Assembly (NCBI GenBank): GCA_049512315.1
Contig: JBEKXF010000001.1
Location: 62,001 to 126,000 of the forward strand
Length of the DNA: 64,000 nucleotides
Reading direction: 5' to 3'
Origin: Candidatus Aminicenantales bacterium
Lineage (GTDB): Bacteria > Acidobacteriota > Aminicenantia > Aminicenantales > Saccharicenantaceae
The notes beneath the pieces are model-generated. The model did no database searches, was not told where the DNA came from, and was given only the letters and a program-made list of their open reading frames with translations. Position numbers and translations under genes: made by a program. Shown here piece after piece: positions 55,016-64,000 of the stretch. How positions within the stretch are numbered: the first letter of the stretch is position 1; each line of letters starts with the position of its first letter.

Positions 55016-56263
55016 ATGTCCGATGTGACAGCGACGCTCATCCCCGCCGGGGAAAATTCCTTCCGGCTCGGGGCCTACGTCGGCCGCGGCGGTTACGAGG
55101 CCGCGCGCAAGACAATCCTGACCATGAAGCCCCGGGAGGTCCTGGAAGAAGTCAAGAAAGCCAACCTCCGGGGAAGGGGAGGGGCTGGCTTCCCCGCCGG
55201 CTCGAAATGGGCCTTCGTGCCCCAGGCGGACGGGCGGCCGAAATACCTCTGCGTCAACGCCGACGAAGGCGAGCCGGGGACGTTCAAGGACCGGGCCATC
55301 ATGACCCAGGACCCCCACCTCCTCCTCGAAGGGATCCTGCTGACGTGTTACGCCGTCGGCATCCATACCGCCTTTATTTATATCCGCGCGGAGTACGAAG
55401 CGATCGCCCAGAGGCTCGAGGCCGCGATCGAGGAGGCCCGGCAGAAAGGATTCCTCGGCCCGGACATCTTCGGCTCCGGGTTCGGCCTCGACGTCTTGGT
55501 CCACAGGGGCGCCGGCGCCTACATCTGCGGAGAGGAAACCGCCCTCCTCGAATCCATCGAAGGAAAGCGAGGGATGCCCAGGCTGAAGCCGCCGTTCCCG
55601 GCGTCCGTCGGGCTTTTCCGCTCGCCGACGGTCATCAACAACGTCGAGACGATCGCCAACGTGCCTCTGATATTCCGATACGGCGCGGACTGGTTCGTCG
55701 CCCGGGGCTTGCCCAGGGACGGGGGGACGCGCATCTTCGGGGTGAGCGGCGCCGTCAGAAAACCCGGCCTTTACGAGCTGCCCGTGGGAACTCCTCTCGG
55801 CAAGATCATCTATGAGTGGGCGGGCGGGCCGGCCGAGGGACAATCGATCAAGGCCGTCGTCCCGGGTGGCCTTTCGGCGCCGTTCCTTACGCCCGAAGAG
55901 ATCGACGTTCCGATGGACTATGAATCGCTGGCCCGTGCCAAGTCGATGCTGGGCTCGGCCGGTGTCATCGTCATCGGCGACCGGACGCCGATCATCGACG
56001 TCCTCCGGATCGTGGCCCGGTTCTACGCCCACGAATCCTGCGGTCAGTGCACGCCCTGCCGGATCGGCACGACCTGGATCAGCAAGATCGCGGACCGGAT
56101 CGGGGCCGGAGCCGGGACGTCGGGCGACCTCGATCTCATCCGCCACCTCGCGGAAGGAATGAAAGCCAAGACCCTGTGCCCGATGGGGGACGCGGCGGCC
56201 TTTCCCGTCCTGTCCATCGTCGAAAAATTCGGCCAGGAACTCGGGGAGGCGATTTCCCGGTGA
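55016..56263 (+). CDS. nuoF: Complex I subunit F
   Basis: LRGRGGAGF, NADEGEPGTFKDR, GAYICGEET, SCGQCTPCR. Confidence 0.95.
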   Translation: MSDVTATLIPAGENSFRLGAYVGRGGYEAARKTILTMKPREVLEEVKKANLRGRGGAGFPAGSKWAFVPQADGRPKYLCVNADEGEPGTFKDRAIMTQDPHLLLEGILLTCYAVGIHTAFIYIRAEYEAIAQRLEAAIEEARQKGFLGPDIFGSGFGLDVLVHRGAGAYICGEETALLESIEGKRGMPRLKPPFPASVGLFRSPTVINNVETIANVPLIFRYGADWFVARGLPRDGGTRIFGVSGAVRKPGLYELPVGTPLGKIIYEWAGGPAEGQSIKAVVPGGLSAPFLTPEEIDVPMDYESLARAKSMLGSAGVIVIGDRTPIIDVLRIVARFYAHESCGQCTPCRIGTTWISKIADRIGAGAGTSGDLDLIRHLAEGMKAKTLCPMGDAAAFPVLSIVEKFGQELGEAISR

Positions 56264-56274
56264 ACGGAAAAGGA

Positions 56275-57759
56275 ATGGTCACCATCCAGATCGACGGCAG
56301 GACCATGCAGGTCCCGACCGGGACGACCGTCCTCAAGGTTGCGGATCAGGCGGGCATCGTCATCCCCCGCTTCTGCTATCACCCGGCCTTCGAGCCAGAG
56401 GGCAGCTGCCGGATGTGCCTGGTCGAGATTGAAGACCTTCCCAAACTCGATCTGGCCTGCTCGACGGTCGTCCGGGAGGGGATGAACGTCTGGACCTCGA
56501 CGCCGAAGGTCCTCCAGGCCCGCAAGAACGTCCTCGAATTCCTCCTGGCCGACCATCCCCTCGACTGCCCGATCTGCGACAAGGCGGGCGAGTGCTTCCT
56601 CCAGGATTACTACGACAAGCACGGCCGCTACGCCAGCCGGTTCCTGGAGGCGAAAGAAAAGAAAGAAAAGAAGATTCCGATCGGGAAGAGGCTCCTCCTG
56701 GACCGGGAGCGGTGCGTCCTCTGTACCCGCTGTGTCCGGTTCCTCCGGCGCGTGACCGGGACCGGGGAGTTGGGTGTCTTCGAGCGTTCAGTCAAGGCCG
56801 AGATCGGGATCGATGAAGGAACAGAGATCGTGAACAATTACTCCGGGAACCTGGTCGACATCTGCCCGGTCGGCGCCATCACGGATGGCGACTTTCGGTT
56901 CAAGACCAGGGTCTGGTTCCTGGAGAAGGGGAGAACGGTCTGTCCGCGCTGCAGCCGGGGCTGCAACATCGTCGTCCAGTCCGTCCGCAATTATCCGCTT
57001 TCCGGCAGGCAGAGGAGGATCTACCGTATCGTCCCCGCCGAGAACCAGGATGTGAATGGCTACTGGATCTGTGATTTTGGCCGCTTCGGGTATCACGATA
57101 TCGAGGACAACCGGTTGACGGCCATCGCCGTGAACAGGGGAGGCCCCGCGGAGGGGCGGCCCCACAGCTGGGAGGATATCGTGAAAGGGTTGGCCGCCGA
57201 GATCCGCGCTCTGGTCGACGCCGGCCGGGCCTCGAGCCTGGCCGTGATTTTGACGAGCTCCCTGACCAATGAGGAGCTGGCGGCCTGCCGGAAGCTTTTC
57301 GCGGACGCTCTGGGCGTCCGGAGCATCTTCTTCGCCGACCCGAAGCCCGGCAAGGCCGACGGCTATCTCCTCACCGCGGACAGGACCCCGAACGGAAGCG
57401 GCGCGGCGGCGCTCGGGTTTTCGCCTGGGCTTCCGGAGCTGGAGAAGCTGGCCGGGGCCCCTGACCTTCTGATCATCTTCGGCCCTCACCTGCTGGAACA
57501 TTACCCCGCCGAGAGACTCGCCGATTCCTTGAAGGGAATAAGGAGAAAATACCTGCTCGCGGCCCACAGGAGCGGGCTGGACGCTCTGGCCGATATCGTC
57601 CTGCCGACCGCCCACCCGGCGGAAAAAAAAGGGTCCTTCACCAACGTCAAGGGAACCGCCCAGTCTTTCGAGTGCGCCGTAAAGCCCCCCCGCGGCTGCC
57701 TCCCGGAAGGCGAGATCCTGAGCCGCCTGGCCGCCGAGCTCGGGGTGGAGCTGGAATAG
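56275..57759 (+). CDS. nuoG: Complex I subunit G (short form, ~494 aa)
   Basis: FCYH..SCRMC, HPLDCPICD, CVLCTRC, CPRCSRGC. Confidence 0.88.
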   Translation: MVTIQIDGRTMQVPTGTTVLKVADQAGIVIPRFCYHPAFEPEGSCRMCLVEIEDLPKLDLACSTVVREGMNVWTSTPKVLQARKNVLEFLLADHPLDCPICDKAGECFLQDYYDKHGRYASRFLEAKEKKEKKIPIGKRLLLDRERCVLCTRCVRFLRRVTGTGELGVFERSVKAEIGIDEGTEIVNNYSGNLVDICPVGAITDGDFRFKTRVWFLEKGRTVCPRCSRGCNIVVQSVRNYPLSGRQRRIYRIVPAENQDVNGYWICDFGRFGYHDIEDNRLTAIAVNRGGPAEGRPHSWEDIVKGLAAEIRALVDAGRASSLAVILTSSLTNEELAACRKLFADALGVRSIFFADPKPGKADGYLLTADRTPNGSGAAALGFSPGLPELEKLAGAPDLLIIFGPHLLEHYPAERLADSLKGIRRKYLLAAHRSGLDALADIVLPTAHPAEKKGSFTNVKGTAQSFECAVKPPRGCLPEGEILSRLAAELGVELE

Positions 57760-57763
57760 CGGC

Positions 57764-58840
57764 ATGACCGACGATCTCATCGTCCTCATCAAGGTCGTCC
57801 TGGCCCTGACCTGGACGATGCTCCTCGCTCTCATCCTGACCTGGGTCGAGAGAAAGGAAAGCGCGGTCATGCAGGACCGCATCGGCGCGAACCGGGCCTC
57901 GATCTTCGGCCTGCGCGCCTTCGGCCTCTTCCAGCCGTTCGCCGACGCCATCAAGATGATCTTCAAGGAAGATTTCGTGCCCTCGTTCTCGGAGCGGACC
58001 CTCCACACGCTCGCGCCCTTCCTGTCCTTTTTCTTCGTGGCCGTGACCGTCGTGGCCGTTCCTTTCGGGGACGCGATCACGCTGGGCGGCCGGCGGATCA
58101 TGCTCCAGGTCGCCGACTTCAACGCGGCCCTCCTCTTCGTCCTGGCCATGCTCGGCCTCGGGATCTACGGCATCCTGGTCGGCGGCTGGGCTTCAAACAA
58201 CCGGTTCGCCCTCCTGGGGAGCCTCCGGGGGGCCGCCCAGCTCATTTCCTACGAGGTGGCCCTGGGGCTCTCGCTTGTCGGCCTGATCATGGTCTTCCCG
58301 TCCCTTCGGCTCTCGGAGATCGTCCGGTTCCAGGGAGGACTCCTGTTCGGTTTCCTCCCGAAGTGGGGGATCTTCATCCAGCCGCTGGGCTTCGCGGCCT
58401 TCTTCCTTGCGGCCCTGGCCGAGACCAAGCGGGTGCCCTTCGACCTTCCGGAAGGCGAGTCTGAGATCATCGGCTTTTTCGCCGAATACAGCGGCCTCAA
58501 ATGGGGCCTTTTCATGATGACGGATTTCCTCGAGGTTATCGTCGTCTCCTGCCTGGCGACGACGCTGTTCTTCGGGGGCTGGCAGGTCCCTTGGCTCGGG
58601 GCCGGCGGATTCCAGTTCCCCTGGGGCGGAGCCTGGCGGCTGCCCTCCTGGTTCGTCACGGCGCTCCAGGTCGGGGCCTTCAACCTCAAGGTCTTATTCT
58701 TCTGCTGGCTCCAGGTCCTCATCCGCTGGACCTATCCCCGATTCCGTTATGACCAGGTCATGGATTTCGGCTGGAAATTCCTGGTCCCGCTGGGCGCGGT
58801 CAATATCCTCGTGACGGGGCTCATCCTGGTTTTGAAGTAG
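57764..58840 (+). CDS. nuoH: Complex I subunit H
   Basis: ERK..A.MQDRIG, QPFADAIK, PFDLPEGESE, PRFRYDQ. Confidence 0.95.
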   Translation: MTDDLIVLIKVVLALTWTMLLALILTWVERKESAVMQDRIGANRASIFGLRAFGLFQPFADAIKMIFKEDFVPSFSERTLHTLAPFLSFFFVAVTVVAVPFGDAITLGGRRIMLQVADFNAALLFVLAMLGLGIYGILVGGWASNNRFALLGSLRGAAQLISYEVALGLSLVGLIMVFPSLRLSEIVRFQGGLLFGFLPKWGIFIQPLGFAAFFLAALAETKRVPFDLPEGESEIIGFFAEYSGLKWGLFMMTDFLEVIVVSCLATTLFFGGWQVPWLGAGGFQFPWGGAWRLPSWFVTALQVGAFNLKVLFFCWLQVLIRWTYPRFRYDQVMDFGWKFLVPLGAVNILVTGLILVLK

Positions 58841-58847
58841 GCTGAGC

Positions 58848-59315
58848 ATGAAAAAAGGCTGGGTCGTCTTCAAGGAGCTCCTGAGGGGGAGCTGGATCAC
58901 CGCCCGGCATTTCATGGTCAACATGGGATTCCACACCCTAAAGCTCTTCGGTATCAAGACCCGGAGGAAGGGGGCCGTGACTATCCAATACCCGGACGAG
59001 GTCAAGCCCCTCTCGCCCCGCCATAAGAGCCTCCACCGGATCCTGCGGCGGGAGAACGGCCTGCCCCAGTGCGTGGCCTGCATGATGTGCGCCACGGTCT
59101 GCCCTTCCGAATGCATCTTCATCGAGGCGGGGGAGACCGACGACCCCGAGATCCAGAAATACCCGACGAGCTTCGTCATCGACCTCAACCGCTGCTGTTT
59201 TTGCGGATTCTGCGTCGAGGCCTGTCCCGTGGACGCCATCCGGATGGACACGGGAGAGATCCGCTTGGCGTCGACGAGCCGGGCCGGCCTCGAATACCCG
59301 CTGGACAAGTTATGA
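58848..59315 (+). CDS. nuoI: Complex I subunit I
   Basis: CVACMMCATVCP and CCFCGFCVEACP. Confidence 0.92.
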   Translation: MKKGWVVFKELLRGSWITARHFMVNMGFHTLKLFGIKTRRKGAVTIQYPDEVKPLSPRHKSLHRILRRENGLPQCVACMMCATVCPSECIFIEAGETDDPEIQKYPTSFVIDLNRCCFCGFCVEACPVDAIRMDTGEIRLASTSRAGLEYPLDKL

Positions 59316-60172
59316 TCCCTTCCGGCGAGAACGTCAAAATCGGCGAATTCGAGATCATCCGCCTTGTGGACGGGACTTTCCTCGTCGACGGCGGGGCCAT
59401 GTTCGGGGTCGTTCCCAGGACCCTATGGGAGAAGCGGGCGGTCCCGGACCGAGAGAATCGGATCGCCCTGGCCCTCAGCTGTTACCTGATCAAGGGGCCG
59501 GGCTCGACGGTTCTGGTGGAGACGGGCGTCGGTCCGGACGTCGAGAGGCGACACGTCGATTTCTATTCTTTCCGGCGCGAGCCCGGGCTTTTCGGGCTTC
59601 TCCAAAAGATCGGGATCCGGCCGCAGGACGTGGACGTCGTCGTCAACTCCCACCTTCACTTCGACCACTGCGGGGGGAACACGGTCCGGGCCGGAGAGAA
59701 GGAATGGCAGGCGGCCTTCCCGAGGGCCCGCTATGCCGTCCAGCGGGGTGAGTGGGAGCAGGCCCTTCACCCGGACGAACGGGACAGGCCGAGCTATATC
59801 CCGGCGCGTCTCAAGTCCCTAGAAAAAAGCGGCGCCCTGGATCTCCTCGAAGGCGACGCCGTCATCCGGGACGGTGTTGAGGCTGTCCTCATCCCCGGCC
59901 ACACGGCCTTCCATCAGGGTCTGAAAGTCACGTCCCGCGGCCGGACGTTCTTTTATTTCGGCGACACGGTGCCCACCTCGGCGCACATCGACCTTCCCTA
60001 TATCATGAGCTACGATCTCTTTCCGGTCGAGACCTTCAACAACAAGAAGAAGCTCTATGAACAGGCCGTGGCGGAGGACTGGGTCGTTGCCTTCAGCCAC
60101 GACGTCCGCCAGGCCTTCGGGACGATGCGCAAGGCCGGACGCGGGTACGAATTCATCCCCCTCTCCCGATAG
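59312..60172 (+). CDS. MBL-fold metallo-hydrolase (YtnP-like)
   Basis: DGGAMFGVVP, SHLHFDHCGG, PGHT; ATGA overlap with nuoI. Confidence 0.85.
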   Translation: MIPSGENVKIGEFEIIRLVDGTFLVDGGAMFGVVPRTLWEKRAVPDRENRIALALSCYLIKGPGSTVLVETGVGPDVERRHVDFYSFRREPGLFGLLQKIGIRPQDVDVVVNSHLHFDHCGGNTVRAGEKEWQAAFPRARYAVQRGEWEQALHPDERDRPSYIPARLKSLEKSGALDLLEGDAVIRDGVEAVLIPGHTAFHQGLKVTSRGRTFFYFGDTVPTSAHIDLPYIMSYDLFPVETFNNKKKLYEQAVAEDWVVAFSHDVRQAFGTMRKAGRGYEFIPLSR

Positions 60173-60198
60173 GCCGGGTCGGGCCGGGGCGAAAAAGG

Positions 60199-60227
60199 TT
60201 GACATTTCGACCGCGGCTTCTTATGAT
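60199..60227 (+). promoter_or_regulatory. Sigma70-like promoter of malic enzyme
   Basis: TTGACA 60199-60204, 17 nt spacer, TATGAT 60222-60227. Confidence 0.6.
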
Positions 60228-60276
60228 GGCTCTCCCATCTTTTGATGGCCTGTCCATATCATCAGGAGGTTCGTTC

Positions 60277-61629
60277 ATGAAGAAAGTCACCGTTGAAGAG
60301 CTGTTGGCCAAAGCCCAGCAGCCTTCCCTGGACGCCCCGAGGCTCCACAAGTTCTACAAGGGCAAGATGGGCGTCGCTCTGAAGTGCCGTGTCCGCGATT
60401 TCAACGATTTCGCGATCTGGTACACGCCCGGCGTCGCCGCGGTCTGTAAAGAGATCGCCGCCGACAAACAGAAAGTCTACGAGTACACGAACAAATGGAA
60501 CTCCGTGGCCGTGATCAGCGACGGCACGCGCGTGCTCGGTCTGGGGGACATCGGCCCTGAGGCGGGCCTGCCCGTTATGGAAGGGAAGGGGATTCTTTAT
60601 AAGTATCTCGGCGGCGTCGACGCCTTCCCCATCTGTCTCGATGAGAAGGACCCCGACAAGCTCATTGACATCTGCCGGGCCCTCCAGCCGTCCTTCGGCG
60701 GCTTCAACCTCGAGGACATCGCCCAGCCCAAGTGTTTCAGGATCCTCGACACCCTCCGCGAGCAGTGCGAGATCCCGGTCTGGCACGACGACCAGCAAGG
60801 CACGGCCTGCGTCACTGTGGCCGGACTGATCAATGCCCTCAAGATCGTCAAGAAGGATATCGCCGAGGCCAAATGCACCGTCGTCGGGTCCGGCGCCTCG
60901 GGCATCAACATCGCCAAAATGATCATGGTCGCCGGGGCCAACCCCGCCAACATGCTCTCGGTCGACTCCAAGGGCATCCTGTCCCGCAACCGGGCCGACA
61001 AGGAAACCCTCCAGGCGAAGTTTAAGGAGAAATGGGACCTCTGCCTGCGGACCAACCCGCTCGGCAAACAGGGCACCATGGCCGACGCCATCAAAGGCGC
61101 CGACGTGCTCATCTGCTGTTCGACACCCGGCCCCGGGACCGTCAAACCCGAGTGGGTCAAGACCATGGCCCCCAACGCCATCGTCTTCGCCGAGGCCAAC
61201 CCGGTGCCCGAGATCTGGCCTTGGGAGGCCAAGGAGGCCGGCGCCCGTATCGTCGCCACCGGCCGGTCCGACTTCCCCAACCAGGTCAACAACTCCTTGG
61301 GCTTCCCCGGCATCTTCCGCGGCGCACTCGACGTCCGGGCCAAGACGATCACGGACGAGATGTGCATCGCCGCGGCCCGCGAGCTGGCCAAGGTCGCCGA
61401 GGACAAGGGCATCCACGAAGACTACATCATCCCCAATATGGACGAGTGGGAGGTCTTCCCCCGCGAGGCCGTGGCCGTCGGCAGCAAGGCTATCGAGCAG
61501 GGCGTCGCCCGCTTCAATTTCCCGGCCGAAGAGCGATTCAAGATGGCTGACGAGTCCATCCGGGCCGCCCGCGACGAGGTCCAGCGGAAGATGAAGGAAG
61601 GTATCATCATCGACCCGGACAAGAAGTGA
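60277..61629 (+). CDS. NAD(P)-dependent malic enzyme
   Basis: [42 protein letters not shown]. Confidence 0.93.
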   Translation: MKKVTVEELLAKAQQPSLDAPRLHKFYKGKMGVALKCRVRDFNDFAIWYTPGVAAVCKEIAADKQKVYEYTNKWNSVAVISDGTRVLGLGDIGPEAGLPVMEGKGILYKYLGGVDAFPICLDEKDPDKLIDICRALQPSFGGFNLEDIAQPKCFRILDTLREQCEIPVWHDDQQGTACVTVAGLINALKIVKKDIAEAKCTVVGSGASGINIAKMIMVAGANPANMLSVDSKGILSRNRADKETLQAKFKEKWDLCLRTNPLGKQGTMADAIKGADVLICCSTPGPGTVKPEWVKTMAPNAIVFAEANPVPEIWPWEAKEAGARIVATGRSDFPNQVNNSLGFPGIFRGALDVRAKTITDEMCIAAARELAKVAEDKGIHEDYIIPNMDEWEVFPREAVAVGSKAIEQGVARFNFPAEERFKMADESIRAARDEVQRKMKEGIIIDPDKK

Positions 61630-61726
61630 CGGCGGCCTGATCCCGCCGGGTCCGGGGTCCGCCGAAGCGGAATGGAGAGAGCCGAAGCGGGGGACGAGGG
61701 TTCCCCTTCTTCTTTTTTCAAGGCGA

Positions 61727-61755
61727 TTGACAAGCGGAAAATCTTGTGATATAAA
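61727..61755 (+). promoter_or_regulatory. Strong sigma70-like promoter
   Basis: TTGACA 61727-61732, 17 nt spacer, TGaTATAAA extended -10. Confidence 0.6.
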
Positions 61756-62023
61756 ACTCGCAAGTTTGAATTGCATATACGCTAGGTCGTATCGAAAAAC
61801 CAGTGATACCGAGATGAGAGAGAATACGGAAGCTTCATTCTTAGAAGACCTCCATCCTCCGTAATCTGTTTTTCAAGCCATCGTCGATAAAACGCTCCCG
61901 AAGAGGGTATTCCTCGAGGGGGGAAGAAAGGATGGAGAGGAGGTGGGAATCGTCGGGGATCCGGACAAGCAAGGTCATCAGATGAAGGAATCCATTCAAA
62001 TAATCCTAAAAGGAGGACACGTT

Positions 62024-62620
62024 ATGAAAAGCACGATGAGAATCCTGGCGCTGGCCGTGGTCGTCATGTTCGCGTTCACGAGCTGCGCCAAACAACCCAC
62101 TCAGCAGATGGATGCGGCCAAGGCCGCGATCCAGGCCATTGAGGGCATGAAGGGCAATGTCTACGCCAAGGACGAGCTGAGCAAGCTCAAGACCGATCTC
62201 CAGGCCGCTTTGGACGAAGTGACCGCCCAGTCGAAGAAGTTCTTCAAGAAGTACGGCCCGGCCAATGAGATGCTGGCCAAGGTCATCGCGGACGCCGACG
62301 CCGTGAAAGCCCAAATCCCGGGACGGATCGAGGAAGCGAAAAAGGCCGCCGAAGCCGCGATGAACGAAGCCAAGGCCGCCTATGACGGCGCCAAGGCCCT
62401 CCTCGAGAAGGCCCCCAAGGGCAAGGGCACCAAGGCCGACATCGAAGCCATGAAGGCCGACCTTGGCGGGCTCGAGCCCCAGATGACCGAGATCCAGAAC
62501 GCCATCGCGGCCGAGGATTATTTCGGCGCCAAGGATAAGGCCATGGCCGTCAAGGACAAGGCCGCCGCCATCGCCGATCAGGTCCAGAAGGCCATCGACA
62601 AGGTCAAGGGCAAGAGATAA
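62024..62620 (+). CDS. Alpha-helical Ala/Lys-rich lipoprotein (DUF4398-like)
   Basis: AAAGGAGG RBS; lipobox FTSC; coiled-coil composition. Confidence 0.75.
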   Translation: MKSTMRILALAVVVMFAFTSCAKQPTQQMDAAKAAIQAIEGMKGNVYAKDELSKLKTDLQAALDEVTAQSKKFFKKYGPANEMLAKVIADADAVKAQIPGRIEEAKKAAEAAMNEAKAAYDGAKALLEKAPKGKGTKADIEAMKADLGGLEPQMTEIQNAIAAEDYFGAKDKAMAVKDKAAAIADQVQKAIDKVKGKR

Positions 62621-62641
62621 GAAGAAGATTCTTCCGCGAAG

Positions 62642-63730
62642 TTGAAGGTTCTTCAAACAGCCCTGCTTTTCCTGGCTGTTTTTCTTGCCAGCTGTCAACT
62701 TCCACCGGCTCCTCCGGAGGTCCGGCGCTCCGATGTCCAGGAGCAAGACCTCTGGAGAGCCGGTGCTTCTGTTTTCGCCAGCCAGGATTACTCTGCTTAC
62801 CTCGACACGTTGAGGGCGGCCCGCCGGAGGTTCGATCAGGAGAACCTCAAGCTGGGTTGGGCCAGGGATTACGGACCCGTCCGACGGGATTTCCAGACCG
62901 TCCTCGAATCCGGAGAAGCCCTCCTGGCCAAGGTCCAGGCGCTGAAGGCCGAGAAGCAGTCTTCCCTTGCCGAAGGCGCCCGGAACGTCCGGGCCAAGAT
63001 GATGATGCTCAAGGATATCACTCTCTCTTTGACCGAGCGCGGGAGGGCACGGGAAGAGCTGGCCCAGGCGGAGGTCTACCTCCATGAGGCGGATTCCCTG
63101 ATGGGCCAGGCGAAATTTGATGAGGCCTCTCGTCGGCTTTCCCAGGCCGGCGATTGCGTCAAGGAAGCGGAGACTGCGGTGGTCGCCTTCATCGGGCGCT
63201 ACCTCGACAAAAAGCAGGTTGATATCTGGAAAAAATGGACCGAAGAAACGATCGCCGAGTCCCGGGCCAGGGGGACCATCGCTCTCATCGTCAGCAAGCT
63301 GGAGAGGCGCTTGACCGTCTACAAGGGCGGCCAGGCCTACCGGAGTTATCCCGCGGGCTTCGGGTTCAACGGACTTTCGAACAAGCTGCACGCCGGGGAT
63401 AACGCCACGCCGGAAGGCCGCTATCATATCATCCAGAAAATCGCGTCGAGCCAGTATTACAAGGCCCTCCTCATCGATTACCCCAACGAGGAGGACAGGC
63501 GGAGGTTCGCCAGAGAGAAGAACCGAGGAGCGATCCCGACAACGATCGGCATCGGCGGGGATATCGAGATCCACGGCGGCGGCCCGGACAGCCTGACCCG
63601 GGGCTGTATCTCCATGGACAACGACAAGATCGACGAGCTCTTCGGTCTGGTGTCCGTCGGGACGGCGGTCACGATCGTCGGGACCAACGAGATGGAAAAC
63701 TACGTCATCCGGGCCCTCAGGAAGAACTGA
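62642..63730 (+). CDS. L,D-transpeptidase (YkuD) lipoprotein with helical N-terminal stalk
   Basis: Lipobox LASC; GD.ATPEG.Y; IEIHGG...TRGCI catalytic His/Cys. Confidence 0.88.
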   Translation: MKVLQTALLFLAVFLASCQLPPAPPEVRRSDVQEQDLWRAGASVFASQDYSAYLDTLRAARRRFDQENLKLGWARDYGPVRRDFQTVLESGEALLAKVQALKAEKQSSLAEGARNVRAKMMMLKDITLSLTERGRAREELAQAEVYLHEADSLMGQAKFDEASRRLSQAGDCVKEAETAVVAFIGRYLDKKQVDIWKKWTEETIAESRARGTIALIVSKLERRLTVYKGGQAYRSYPAGFGFNGLSNKLHAGDNATPEGRYHIIQKIASSQYYKALLIDYPNEEDRRRFAREKNRGAIPTTIGIGGDIEIHGGGPDSLTRGCISMDNDKIDELFGLVSVGTAVTIVGTNEMENYVIRALRKN

Positions 63731-63731
63731 G

Positions 63732-64000
63732 ATGTGGTGGAAAAGACTGCTCATCGCCATCCTGGCCATGGCCTACCTCGAGGTCCTGGTCGTGGTCGGC
63801 GTATCGTACTATTCCGGGCTGAGGCAGGCCTCGGCCTGGCCGCCGCAAAACGCCGCGGCGGCCGTCGCGGACAGGGACATCCCGAGAGTTCAGAGAAACG
63901 TCCAGGCCCTTGAGAAAAAAATCGTGGCCCTCCAGGCGAAAGGACTCTACATCGTCGTCGACACCGGGGAAAACGAACTTTATGTCAAGAAGGGGTCCGA
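63732..64000 (+). CDS. Probable second L,D-transpeptidase-family protein (runs off window end)
   Basis: Manual translation MWWKRLL, TM, coiled coil, LYIVVDTGENELYVKKG (YkuD-like first strands). Confidence 0.5.
   Translation, partial: MWWKRLLIAILAMAYLEVLVVVGVSYYSGLRQASAWPPQNAAAAVADRDIPRVQRNVQALEKKIVALQAKGLYIVVDTGENELYVKKGS

Noticed and set aside
61756..62023. c-di-AMP or c-di-GMP riboswitch
   Set aside because: Conserved core motifs were not recognisable by eye
1416..63769. Many long antisense or alternate-frame ORFs (e.g. 6815..8560, 11445..13157, 41924..43420, 50414..51802, 60262..61776, 62006..63769)
   Set aside because: They overlap well-supported genes and lack motifs; expected from high-GC codon bias

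Overview
High-GC bacterial chromosome segment. The gene set and protein families suggest an Acidobacteriota/Aminicenantes-like anaerobe, which is an inference. Most of the window is housekeeping: the mreBCD-mrdA-rodA operon, miaB, nusA-infB-DUF503-rbfA-DHH-truB, PASTA-rpe-bamD-recN, lpdA, nuoA-I, malic enzyme and an L,D-transpeptidase cluster. The main result is a ~10.4 kb integrated element (15351-25800) flanked by an exact 19-bp direct repeat that contains the first six codons of truB. The element separates truB from its operon and places the intact truB 8 nt after its own integrase stop codon. It encodes a tyrosine integrase with lambda-like attP features (arm-like repeats, IHF boxes), two Xis/AlpA-like HTH proteins, a Cro-like protein, an SSB-like protein, a DnaB-N/SF4 helicase beside an iteron-rich origin, a PD-(D/E)xK nuclease, a large terminase with a candidate small subunit, and AT-rich cargo. 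It has no recognisable capsid, portal, tail or lysis genes, so it is a candidate new type of terminase-carrying phage satellite. A second small accessory patch (~43.9-48.2 kb) holds an IS91-like remnant, a Fis-type HTH, an HTH-TPR protein and a transglutaminase-like protein. No tRNA, rRNA or CRISPR array was recognised.
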